Shown here in pieces: positions 1 to 8,862 of a stretch of 42,860 bases of DNA. Within the stretch, counting starts at the first letter, position 1. Every line of letters begins with the position of its first letter. Origin of the DNA: Candidatus Hydrogenedentota bacterium (lineage in GTDB: Bacteria; Hydrogenedentota; Hydrogenedentia; Hydrogenedentales; GCA-2746185); the NCBI GenBank assembly GCA_046583315.1, contig JAYGCN010000177.1, positions 1 to 42,860 of the forward strand, given 5' to 3'. The position numbers and the translations under genes are program-made. Under the pieces are notes generated by a model, which did not search any database, was not told where the DNA came from, and saw only the letters and a list, made by a program, of their open reading frames with translations.

Positions 1-519
1 CGCGAGCAGACTATGCACGAAGGCGAACAGCAGGATGCATAAGCTGGAATCGATTGAAACAGAGGCGAGCAATGTTTTGACGAAGGGGCCTTTTGCATGA
101 TTTTCGCGAATGATGGCGACGGTCGTTGCGGGAGCGGTGCTGGCTGCGAGGCATCCCAGTAACAGGGCGACGCGGGCATCGGTGCCGAACGCGCGTAAGG
201 CGAAAAAAACGAAGAGCACCGCACCTATTGCTTCAAGAATGGAGATGAAGAGGATGCGACGTAGCGCATTATGGATGCGACGGTAGGAAAAATGACCGCC
301 TGCGGTGACCGCAATAAGGCCGATGGCGAAAGCGGACAGTCCCTGTAGTTCACGGGCAACATTGGTGTGGTTGAACAGGGTGAGGGCGAGTAGCAACCCG
401 GCGATGATGTTGCCGGTAATGGACGGCACGTGCAGGCGACGGGCGACCCATCCTCCGGCACTTCCTGCGACGAGTATCACGCCCAGAATCAGCAGGGGAC
501 CCATCGTAGTTGAGCCCAT
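1..519 (-). CDS. Cation:proton antiporter (CPA2/Kef-type membrane component), N-terminal part; runs off the left edge
   Basis: Not in the ORF track. Manual translation from ATG 519 gives MGSTTMGPLLILGVILVAGSAGGWVARRLHVPSITGNIIAGLLL...LLLGCLAASTAPATTVAIIRENHAKGPFVKTLLASVSIDS, open to base 1. It has multiple TM helices and CPA-like RxxxPxIxGxIxAG and STAPAxT...D motifs. AGGAG lies upstream at 546-550; the start could be CTG 537. Confidence 0.8.
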   Translation of the reverse strand, partial: MGSTTMGPLLILGVILVAGSAGGWVARRLHVPSITGNIIAGLLLALTLFNHTNVARELQGLSAFAIGLIAVTAGGHFSYRRIHNALRRILFISILEAIGAVLFVFFALRAFGTDARVALLLGCLAASTAPATTVAIIRENHAKGPFVKTLLASVSIDSSLCILLFAFVHSLLA

Positions 520-653
520 CGTTGACCAGTCGATCAGGGGTACATCTCCTGTTCTTCTGCGGAGAGCCGATGTCCCCCGCTTGTGATGCAGTGTATCACC
601 TTGTTGAGGCAGATCCCAATCAATGGTAAACTTGAATGCGAGGATGCATGAAT

Positions 654-1040
654 ATGAGCGATCTGGGCGACCAAATACAGTCATTCGTCGGTGGACTATG
701 CAAAAAAGTTCGCCGAAGCATGGCCACGGAAGATCATCGCGACGCATCGCGGTATCTTGAAGTTGGGCGCAAGAAATTCAACGAGAAGAAGTATAAGGAA
801 GCGGAGAAATATTTTCAGAAAGCAGTGGAAGCTGACAGTCACTACGCATTGGCCCAATATTATCTTGGCCTCGTACTGTACAAACGTGGCGATTCGGCAG
901 GTGCGGTGCGCCTATGGACACGTGCGATAACGTTGGATAAGCATTCCGAGGTTGCGCTGAAAGCGAATGCGAAACTGGAACAGCATAAGCACCGCGCAAA
1001 CAAGTCGATCGATGAGTTGCGCAGCAGAATTAAGGATTGA
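654..1040 (+). CDS. Tetratricopeptide repeat protein
   Basis: TPR pattern (YLEVG...YKEAEKYFQKAVEADSHYALAQYYLGLVLYKRGDSAGAVRLWTRAITLD). Start chosen from the GAGGA upstream; the track start is 636. Confidence 0.8.
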   Translation: MSDLGDQIQSFVGGLCKKVRRSMATEDHRDASRYLEVGRKKFNEKKYKEAEKYFQKAVEADSHYALAQYYLGLVLYKRGDSAGAVRLWTRAITLDKHSEVALKANAKLEQHKHRANKSIDELRSRIKD

Positions 1041-1048
1041 GGAATTTT

Positions 1049-1735
1049 ATGATAGAAGAAGTGGAAAAAGAGGGTGAAGTCGGAATTCATCGAATGCCTG
1101 TCACGTTTAGTTCGTATCACGCAGTCATTGAGCCGGAGGGCGATTTTGATACGCCTCCCGCCTTGCTGATCACGACCCACGGTTACGGTCAGTCGTGCAA
1201 GGGGTTCATCAAGAATTTCGAGGCGCTTCGTAAGCAAAATGTACTCATCATCGCACCGCAGGGCATCAACCAATTCTATTGGAAGAATGGGCGCCCGGGA
1301 TTCTCCTGGATGACCAGTCACATGCGCGATTACACGATTCAGGATAACATTGTTTATATGGGGCAACTTGTGGAGTCGGTGCGGGAGCGTTACACCTTCG
1401 ACGGGGATCGCATTTTCATGTTGGGATTCTCGCAAGGCGTGGCGATGGCGTTTCGGACGGCTGCCGCGGGGCATGTTGAGCCGCGCGGCGTGATTGCCTG
1501 TGGCGGCGATTTACCGCCGGATGTGCATGACATGTTGTTCCGGCTCGAACCCTTCGACACGCTGGTCGTTCATGGAACGGAAGACGATGTCGTCAAGACG
1601 GAAAAAGGGGAGGAATGTGTTTCCATCTTGAAAGAGTTTGATTTTCCTGTGGAAAGCCACTTTTTCGAGGGCGGGCACGATATTCCCGATGACGTGGTTA
1701 CCTTTATCGGCGAATGGATCACGGCCCGGCTTTAA
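1049..1735 (+). CDS. Alpha/beta hydrolase, phospholipase/carboxylesterase family
   Basis: HGYG, nucleophile elbow GFSQG, HGTEDDVV (Asp) and GGH (His); GAGGA RBS before ATG 1049. Confidence 0.85.
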   Translation: MIEEVEKEGEVGIHRMPVTFSSYHAVIEPEGDFDTPPALLITTHGYGQSCKGFIKNFEALRKQNVLIIAPQGINQFYWKNGRPGFSWMTSHMRDYTIQDNIVYMGQLVESVRERYTFDGDRIFMLGFSQGVAMAFRTAAAGHVEPRGVIACGGDLPPDVHDMLFRLEPFDTLVVHGTEDDVVKTEKGEECVSILKEFDFPVESHFFEGGHDIPDDVVTFIGEWITARL

Positions 1736-2772
1736 TCGGTTCGGGATTCGCTCAGAACGGCTCGAAGGTCTTCGCCTATCTGTTCGCAGGCTTCCAATGC
1801 AGCGGGTACGGCTCCACCGAGCGCGGTGAATGAGTGGGTGAGGTGGTCAAAGCATTGGTAATCCACGTTGACTCCTGCTGCCTTCATGGCTTCGGCATAT
1901 TGCGCGCCCTCATCGCGTAGGGGATCAAAGCCGGCCGTGTACACCAACGTTCGCGGTAGTTTTTTCAGATCGGGATTGCGCATGGGGGATACGCGAAAAT
2001 CTTCTTGGTCAGATTCGTTCGTCAAGTAATGGCTGCCGAACCATTCCATCGTTGCCTTGTCCAGAGGATAGCCGAATTCGTGCTCACGATAGGATTCGGT
2101 GTCGGCCAAAGCTTCGACCCAGGGATATATGAGCACCTGCGCAAAGGGTTGTGGAAATTCCTGGCCGCGCATGGACTGGCTAATCACCGTAGATAGGCCC
2201 GCGCCCGCTGAATCGCCCGCTACGATGATGCGTTTCGGGTCAATGCTCCATTCGTCCGCGTGAGCGACGGCCTCCACGTATGCTGCAAGTGCGTCTTCTG
2301 CCGCAGCGGGAAAGGGGTGCTCCGGCGCGAGTCGATATCCGACGGTGAGCACGCGTGCCTTGGTCTCGTTGGCGAGGATGGTGCAAAAGGGTTCGCAGGA
2401 TTCCTTGTTGCCGATGACGCATCCGCCTTGATGGAAATACATGATCAACACGGAGGGTTCTTTCGCGCCGTGGGGCGTCAGTAGTCGACAGGGAATAGCG
2501 CCGCCGGGCCCGGGAATCGAAACATCTTCGATCGTTTCCATCTGGCGTGGTCTGGGTTGTGTCGCGGCAAGCCCCGTGTCCATACCTACGCGCGCCTGCT
2601 CCGGTGTAAAGCTACTCATGGGTGGCTGTTTCATGGCCTGGGATCGAATGAATTGTAGCATCGGGTCGAGGGTGCGACCTGCAACCGTTAGCGGCTTGCC
2701 ACCGCTTATCTTGACAAGAAGTCCGCCGGGTAGTTTCGAGATTAGTGTGAGCAGTATGCGCTGAAAGTTCAT
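1732..2772 (-). CDS. Hormone-sensitive-lipase-like (GDXG) esterase/lipase
   Basis: YRLAPEHPFPAA, GDSAG, DPLRDEG and H(SF) motifs; HQGG in place of HGGG. Likely start is ATG 2772 (MNFQRIL), because the longer track ORF overlaps copA. Confidence 0.88.
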   Translation of the reverse strand: MNFQRILLTLISKLPGGLLVKISGGKPLTVAGRTLDPMLQFIRSQAMKQPPMSSFTPEQARVGMDTGLAATQPRPRQMETIEDVSIPGPGGAIPCRLLTPHGAKEPSVLIMYFHQGGCVIGNKESCEPFCTILANETKARVLTVGYRLAPEHPFPAAAEDALAAYVEAVAHADEWSIDPKRIIVAGDSAGAGLSTVISQSMRGQEFPQPFAQVLIYPWVEALADTESYREHEFGYPLDKATMEWFGSHYLTNESDQEDFRVSPMRNPDLKKLPRTLVYTAGFDPLRDEGAQYAEAMKAAGVNVDYQCFDHLTHSFTALGGAVPAALEACEQIGEDLRAVLSESRTD

Positions 2773-2822
2773 AAATTCTATCGTATCAGCACGGGTACGC
2801 TCATGCAACCGTCCGGGCTTCG

Positions 2823-5297
2823 CTATTTGGCGAATCTCCTGAGGCGCAGGGAATTCAGAATGACCGTGACGGAGCTGAAGGCCATGGCGACTTCGGCAAC
2901 GAGGGGATGGAGCAGCCCCAGAATGGCCAGCGGAATCGCGAGCAGGTTGTAGGCGAAGGCCCATACGAGATTCTGGATAATGTTGGAGTAGGTGGCGCGG
3001 GAGAGTTCAATGGCCGTGACGAGCGTGTCGAGATCGCCGTTGACCAGCGTCACATCGGCGGATTCAATGGCGATATCCGTACCGGTGCCGATGGCGATGC
3101 CGATGTCGGCTCGCGCGAGTGCAGCGGCGTCGTTGATGCCATCTCCGACCATGGCGACGCGCCCGGTTTCTTCCTGGAGCTGCTTGATGGCATCCGCTTT
3201 TCCTTCGGGCATAATGTTCGACAGGATGCGATCGATTCCTACCGACGCGGCAACGGATTGCGCTGTTTTTTCGTTGTCTCCGGTGATCATCACGACGTTC
3301 ATGCCATCTTCTTTGAATTGACGCACGGCTTCTGCTGAACCGGGCTTGAGTGTGTCGGCGAGCGCAATGGCACCGACGGCTTGCTCGTTGGACGCGATAA
3401 GAATCACGGTGTGACCGGCTTGCTGGTGCTCGAGTATTCCAAACGAGAAGGCAGAGGTGTTGACACCCCGCGCGTGCAGGAATTCTTCTTTGCCGATGAT
3501 AATTTCTTGATCGTCGATACGCGCGGTGACCCCTTGCCCGGGCCAGGCCTTGAAATCGTCAACGGGTTTTAACGGCAGACCCTGTTCTTTGGCCGCACGT
3601 ACGATGGCCTGAGCCAGGGGATGCTCGGAGGCGTGATCGACAGAGGCGGCGGTCGTCAAAACCGCGTGCCCCGAACTTTCTTCGCAGAGAATCTCGACGA
3701 CTTCCGGTTTTCCACTGGTAATAGTCCCTGTTTTATCGAGACAGATCGTTTGAATATCGCGCATGCCTTGAATGGCTTCGCCGTTGCGAATCAAAATACC
3801 GCGTGCGGCACCGACACCCGTGCCGACCATGAGCGCGGTCGGTGTGGCGAGTCCCATCGCGCAGGGGCAGGCAATGACCAGGACCGAAATCGCTGCGAAG
3901 AGGGCTTGGGACCACACGGTCGTGTCTTGTGCATTCAACCAAGGCAGATAAGGTGCGGCTTGTGCAGCGATTGCAGAAAGAGGTTCAGAAAAAAGCATCC
4001 AAGCAGCAAACGTCGCCATTGCTACGACCACGATCACCGGCACGAAGATGGCTGTGACTTTGTCGGCGACGGCCTGAATGGGTACGCGCGTACCCTGGGC
4101 TTCCTGCACGATGCGAATGACTTGGGCGAGGAAGGTGTCGCCACCTACATGGGTGGCGCGAATTCTGAGGGCACCTGTCGTGTTGATGGTGCTCCCAATC
4201 GCCGTGTCACCGGGTTGTTTGTCGACGGGCATGGATTCTCCGGTCGCCATGGATTCATCGACCGCGCTCAATCCTTCAAGTATGACGCCGTCCGTGGGAA
4301 TCTTGCCGCCGGGGCGCACCAGAATCGTGTCACCGACAACGAGTTCCTCCGATGGTACTTCGAGTTCCTCCCCATCGCGAATCACCGTGGCCGTTTTCGC
4401 TCCGAGTTCGAGGAGCTGACGGATCGCATTGGACGCGTTGCCTTTCGCGCGGGCTTCGATGTAACGCCCGGTCAGATGAAAGGCCATGATCATCGCGGAT
4501 ACCGCTGCGAAACTTTGGATGGGCAGGTTGGCCAACGCGAGCGGTCCTGTGATGAATGCAGCCGAGGTGCCGAGCGCGATTAAGGCGTCCATATTCGGGC
4601 TGCCGTGGATGGATGTCTTCCAGGCTTTGACAAAGGTTCCACGACCGGCAATTGCCAGCACCGGGACAGCGAGTATGACTTCCAACCAATTGTATCCGGG
4701 GGCCATCCATATGCCGGTCATGTGCAATAACATGAGAACCCCGACGGGTCCGGTGAGCGCCCAGGAAATAATGAGTCGTTGCCGGGCCTGTTGAAGTTGA
4801 ATTTCGACGTCATCATTCGAGGTTGGCGCCTCATTCGCCCGAAGGACGATGGCCGTGTACCCAGCAGCCTCTACGGCACCGACCAGCTGACTCTTTGACG
4901 CGGCATCGGGATCGAAGGTGACGTTCGCGCGCTCCGAAAGCAGGTTTACGTTGGCTTCGATGACTCCGGATGTTTCGCGCAACGCTTTTTCGACTCCGTT
5001 GACACAACCGCTACAGGTCATGCCGCCAATTTTGAGTTCGACCTTGGATTGGTCTTTTTTTACTGAATATCCCGCCGCGTGAATGGCCTCTTCGAGCGCC
5101 GTCCGATTCACCCGCTTCGGGGCAAAGGTGAGCGATGCCACGGACGTGTCAGAATCAACCGACACGTCCAGGACGCCATCGATATGGGACAACGCCGCCT
5201 CCAGCGCACGTGCGTCCGAGGGGTCATTCAATTCAGCGATGGGCAGTGCTATCTGATCCGTGGTCACGGGAATGGATTGTTCGAATACGTTGGACAT
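2823..5297 (-). CDS. copA: Cu(I)-translocating P1B-1-type ATPase
   Basis: HMA domain GMTCSGC, TGES actuator motif, CPC in TM, DKTGT phosphorylation site, SEHPL, GDGIND, and the YN and MxxSS TM motifs of P1B-1 pumps. Confidence 0.92.
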   Translation of the reverse strand: MSNVFEQSIPVTTDQIALPIAELNDPSDARALEAALSHIDGVLDVSVDSDTSVASLTFAPKRVNRTALEEAIHAAGYSVKKDQSKVELKIGGMTCSGCVNGVEKALRETSGVIEANVNLLSERANVTFDPDAASKSQLVGAVEAAGYTAIVLRANEAPTSNDDVEIQLQQARQRLIISWALTGPVGVLMLLHMTGIWMAPGYNWLEVILAVPVLAIAGRGTFVKAWKTSIHGSPNMDALIALGTSAAFITGPLALANLPIQSFAAVSAMIMAFHLTGRYIEARAKGNASNAIRQLLELGAKTATVIRDGEELEVPSEELVVGDTILVRPGGKIPTDGVILEGLSAVDESMATGESMPVDKQPGDTAIGSTINTTGALRIRATHVGGDTFLAQVIRIVQEAQGTRVPIQAVADKVTAIFVPVIVVVAMATFAAWMLFSEPLSAIAAQAAPYLPWLNAQDTTVWSQALFAAISVLVIACPCAMGLATPTALMVGTGVGAARGILIRNGEAIQGMRDIQTICLDKTGTITSGKPEVVEILCEESSGHAVLTTAASVDHASEHPLAQAIVRAAKEQGLPLKPVDDFKAWPGQGVTARIDDQEIIIGKEEFLHARGVNTSAFSFGILEHQQAGHTVILIASNEQAVGAIALADTLKPGSAEAVRQFKEDGMNVVMITGDNEKTAQSVAASVGIDRILSNIMPEGKADAIKQLQEETGRVAMVGDGINDAAALARADIGIAIGTGTDIAIESADVTLVNGDLDTLVTAIELSRATYSNIIQNLVWAFAYNLLAIPLAILGLLHPLVAEVAMAFSSVTVILNSLRLRRFAK

Positions 5298-5393
5298 AAT
5301 AATTCCTCAACGGTCGTTTCGCCGTTCATTCTATCCAATTGAGCCCCGAAATAGCGAAAGATTCCCGCGTTGTGGATGGTGTACAATTGCGCG

Positions 5394-6758
5394 ATGAGCA
5401 AGACGAAAACAAAGAAGGCTGAGACGGGCACGCATGTGATGACTGTCAGCCAACTGACCCGTCAGGTCAAGGGCCTCATCGAATCCGGCGTGGGCAAGGT
5501 CTGGGTATCCGGCGAAATCTCCAATTGGCGCGTATCACCTGCCGGGCATGTCTATTTCACGCTCAAAGACGCTTCCAGTCAGTTGTCCGCAGTGATGTTT
5601 CGTGGCAAGCTCGCCAAACTGAAATTTGAGCCGGAAAGCGGTATGGAGGTCATGCTCAACGGGCTCGTAACGGTCTACGAGCAGCGCGGAAATTATCAGA
5701 TTATTTGCGATGATATGCAGCCGAAGGGTGTGGGTGCGTTGCAATTGGCCTTTGATAAATTGAAAGCGAAGCTGGATGCGGAAGGCCTGTTCGACGAATC
5801 ACACAAAAAGCCGCTTCCATTGTTGCCGAAAAAAATCGGAATCGTAACTTCTCCAACGGGCGCGGCCATTCGGGATATGTTGAACGTATTGGAACGGCGA
5901 TTCGCGGATGTGCACGTGTTGCTGTATCCGGCGCGCGTTCAGGGTGACGAGGCCGCACCGGAGATTGTCGCGGGCATCAACGCATTGAACGAATACGGCG
6001 TTGACGTGATCGTGATTGGACGCGGGGGAGGATCGCTGGAAGATTTGTGGCCCTTCAACGAAGAAATCGTTGTGCGGGCAGTGCATGCATGCGAGACACC
6101 CATCGTTTCCGCAGTGGGACATGAGATTGACTTTACGCTTTCGGATTTCGTGGCGGATTTAAGAGCGCCGACGCCGTCTGCCGCGGCCGAGTTGATTGTA
6201 CAGGAACGTGCGGCGTTGGTGGACAGCGTCATGCAACTTTCGGAACGTCTGCGCCGCGCGTTGGCTTCGACCGTGGAGTCCATACGTGCGCGTCTGGATC
6301 GCGTTGAGTCCAGTTTCATTTTCCGACGTCCAGAAGAACTACTCCGGCAGCAACGGCAACGGGTTGACGACGCCGCCATGCAGCTTGAGCGTACACTGGA
6401 AGAATCCATGTCGGATTACCGATATCGCCTGGACACGGCGACACGGGGTCTCGCACTCCTGTCACCCGACGCGCAGCTCGTAGGGGCACGAGAACGATTC
6501 GTAGGCCTGCGTGGTCGCCTGGGTGTTGCTGCGAGAGGAACTGTGGCCGGGAAACGCGCGCGATTCGGACCGCTGACGGCGCAACTGGATGCGCTGAGTC
6601 CCCTAGCCATACTGGGGCGAGGGTATTCCGTGGTGCGGGACGCCGATACAGGCAAATTGGTCAAGGATGCGGCGAAATTGTCCAAAGGCGACAGGGTCAC
6701 ACTGACCTTCGGCAAAGGCAGCGCCGACGCAACGATTAACGAAGCACACAAGAATTAG
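5394..6758 (+). CDS. xseA: Exodeoxyribonuclease VII large subunit
   Basis: OB-fold start (VWVSGEISN..GHVYFTLKD), TSPTGAAIRD, RGGGSLEDLWPFN, VGHEIDFTLSD, LSPLAILGRGY. Confidence 0.97.
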   Translation: MSKTKTKKAETGTHVMTVSQLTRQVKGLIESGVGKVWVSGEISNWRVSPAGHVYFTLKDASSQLSAVMFRGKLAKLKFEPESGMEVMLNGLVTVYEQRGNYQIICDDMQPKGVGALQLAFDKLKAKLDAEGLFDESHKKPLPLLPKKIGIVTSPTGAAIRDMLNVLERRFADVHVLLYPARVQGDEAAPEIVAGINALNEYGVDVIVIGRGGGSLEDLWPFNEEIVVRAVHACETPIVSAVGHEIDFTLSDFVADLRAPTPSAAAELIVQERAALVDSVMQLSERLRRALASTVESIRARLDRVESSFIFRRPEELLRQQRQRVDDAAMQLERTLEESMSDYRYRLDTATRGLALLSPDAQLVGARERFVGLRGRLGVAARGTVAGKRARFGPLTAQLDALSPLAILGRGYSVVRDADTGKLVKDAAKLSKGDRVTLTFGKGSADATINEAHKN

Positions 6759-6780
6759 ACTGAATCAGGAGAATAGACCG

Positions 6781-7083
6781 GTGGCTGAGCCAAAATTTGA
6801 GAAAGATTTGGAGAAGTTGGAGAAGATTGTGGAGTCCTTGGAGGAAGGGGGGCTTTCGCTGGATGTGTCGTTGAAGAAATTCGAGGAGGGCATTCAGTTG
6901 GCGCAGCGCTGTGAGAAGGCGCTGTCTTCGGCGGAGAAAAAAATTGAGAAGCTGACGCGTCGCGCGGACGGGGCGTTGAAAACGTCTGCCCTGGATGAAG
7001 AAGATGAGGAGTCCGATGAGGATGATTCGGAGGACGACGGCGAAGAAGACGAGGTGGACGAAGACGGCGAGTTGCTGTTCTGA
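6781..7083 (+). CDS. xseB: Exodeoxyribonuclease VII small subunit with acidic C-terminal tail
   Basis: FEKDLEKLEKIVESLEEGGLSLDVSLKKFEEGIQL...AEKKI; lies between xseA and ispA; AGGAG RBS. Confidence 0.95.
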   Translation: MAEPKFEKDLEKLEKIVESLEEGGLSLDVSLKKFEEGIQLAQRCEKALSSAEKKIEKLTRRADGALKTSALDEEDEESDEDDSEDDGEEDEVDEDGELLF

Positions 7084-7946
7084 TGGATGCCGAAGCTTTT
7101 CTGAAGGAACGCGGCGCGCAAGTTGAGGCTGCGCTGGAAGAATATATTTCTACCTGGACGGATGCTCCCGAGCATTTGGTCGAAGCGATTCGCTACGCAT
7201 TGTTCGCCGGGGGGAAACGACTTCGTCCTGCGCTCGTACTGGAAGTGGCCAAAGTCTGTGGCGGAAATCCGGACGATGCGATGCCAGTAGCCTGTGCTTT
7301 GGAGATGATTCACACCTATTCGCTCGTGCACGACGATTTACCTGCGATGGACGATGACGATCTGCGGCGTGGCAAGCCAACCGTGCACAAAGTCTTCGAC
7401 GAGGCGACCGCGATTCTAGTGGGGGATGCGTTGCTGACGATGGCTTTTGATGTAGCTGCCAAGGCCGACGACATTGGTATCATCAGAATGATAGCTGCGT
7501 ACGCCGGTGTCGGCGGTATGGTTGGTGGACAGTTTCTTGATCTTGCCAGCGAGGGACAGACACTCGGCATCGAAGCGGTGAGTGAGCTACACGCCAGAAA
7601 AACTGGTGCACTGATAATCGGTGCTATTCGGTCCGGCGCAATAATTGCAGATGCGTCGAGTGAGCAGAAGACCGCGCTTACCGTTTATGGAGTTGTTATC
7701 GGGCGAGCGTTTCAAGTTGCCGACGATATTCTCGATGTCACCGGTGACGAAGCTGCACTGGGAAAGCCAGTCGGTAGCGACGAAGGAAAGAAAAAGTCGA
7801 CCTACGTTTCAGTGTTGGGGCTGGATGCGGCGAAGAAATCTATACGAGATACAGTAGATCATGCGATCGATGCGCTCTCCGTCTTCGGCCCCGAGGCAGA
7901 CAACCTGCGTGCGCTGGCCCAGTACATCGTGGACCGGGATCATTAG
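7083..7946 (+). CDS. ispA: Farnesyl/geranylgeranyl diphosphate synthase
   Basis: GGKRLRP, FARM DDLPAMDDDDLRRG, KT, SARM DDILD, GKPVGSD; translationally coupled to xseB (TGATG). Confidence 0.95.
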   Translation: MDAEAFLKERGAQVEAALEEYISTWTDAPEHLVEAIRYALFAGGKRLRPALVLEVAKVCGGNPDDAMPVACALEMIHTYSLVHDDLPAMDDDDLRRGKPTVHKVFDEATAILVGDALLTMAFDVAAKADDIGIIRMIAAYAGVGGMVGGQFLDLASEGQTLGIEAVSELHARKTGALIIGAIRSGAIIADASSEQKTALTVYGVVIGRAFQVADDILDVTGDEAALGKPVGSDEGKKKSTYVSVLGLDAAKKSIRDTVDHAIDALSVFGPEADNLRALAQYIVDRDH

Positions 7947-8010
7947 GCGTACTGGGAACATTTGTCCCCTATTTGCGGTTCTATTGTATAATGCACGTGA
8001 GGAGCCGAGA

Positions 8011-8796
8011 ATGATGTTTCGTATGTTTATAGCGTTGATTGCTGTTGTGGCGATCGCGATGTCGACCCATGCACAAGACACGCGTGAAGAAAAAGAATTT
8101 CGCGTGACGTGGACCGATCCGATGGAGGACTATGAGGGTACTCTCCGCCTGAAGGGTCTGGACGCCATCACCCGGGTTCAGGTTTCGTATACCTATCCCG
8201 GAGGGGGGCACGGCGAAGTTGTGGCGACTCTGGCTGATGAAGATGCCGCCGATGGGAATACGTATCGATTCGTAATTCCCGCCGATGTACTTCCGCAATT
8301 GGGCACCTTGAAGTATACGCTTAACGTTTCCTATGGAACGGACAACACGTACACGACTGACGGGGTTGTTCCTCTGGCGTATGTCGAAGATCTAGAAATC
8401 ACGGCGAATCCCCCGGAGATTCTCTGGTTCGAGTTGGGTGACGAGTCCGCCACTGTTAGATACACGGCGTGTTGCAATATTCTGGGCGCGTCGGTGATCG
8501 CAAAACGTATTCCAGTGAATCCGATGGAGTCCGGCGAAGGCCTCCCTGCGAAATTATACAGCGATTTCATCTGGCTTGAGCCGGACGCGCTGTCGGCTTC
8601 GACCGCGGGACTTTATTTCGAATTCGGATTCAATCCCAAGGATTTCGCATCGTCCGAGAAGAAGACCCCGGTCATCTACGAGTATCACTGGCGCAAGAAA
8701 AACTGGAATCCTGTCTTATCGTTCGATGTCGTCGACGGCGACACGCTTGATTTTCCCGCGACCGAGGGCGGTGTTTACGTGCTGGCTTGGGAGTAG
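8011..8796 (+). CDS. Secreted hypothetical protein, probably beta-rich
   Basis: GAGGAG RBS before ATG 8011, a TATAAT at 7987-7992, and a Sec signal peptide (MMFRMFIALIAVVAIAMSTHA/QD). No family recognised. Confidence 0.7.
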   Translation: MMFRMFIALIAVVAIAMSTHAQDTREEKEFRVTWTDPMEDYEGTLRLKGLDAITRVQVSYTYPGGGHGEVVATLADEDAADGNTYRFVIPADVLPQLGTLKYTLNVSYGTDNTYTTDGVVPLAYVEDLEITANPPEILWFELGDESATVRYTACCNILGASVIAKRIPVNPMESGEGLPAKLYSDFIWLEPDALSASTAGLYFEFGFNPKDFASSEKKTPVIYEYHWRKKNWNPVLSFDVVDGDTLDFPATEGGVYVLAWE

Positions 8797-8797
8797 G

Positions 8798-8842
8798 CCT
8801 TTTTTTTCTTCTTGGGAAAGAAGAAAGAGACAAAGAAGAACC
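8798..8842. repeat. Intergenic hairpin repeat, copy 1; possibly a bidirectional terminator
   Basis: CC-T8-CTTCTT-GGGA-AAGAAGAAAG-AGA-CAAAGAAGAACC sits between two convergent genes and closely matches the reverse complement of 17443-17485. Confidence 0.75.
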
Positions 8843-8862
8843 TATGCGATGCTCTGCGCTTA

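Noticed and set aside
225..586. Track ORFs 225-461 (-) and 305-586 (+)
   Set aside because: They are shadow frames of the antiporter gene, which the track missed because it has no stop inside the window.
3621..4583. Long antisense ORFs (e.g. 3621-4583, 8812-9537, 10980-12089, 15450-16529, 31132-32103)
   Set aside because: Each lies opposite a well-supported gene and has no motifs. Such ORFs are expected from codon bias in moderately GC-rich DNA.
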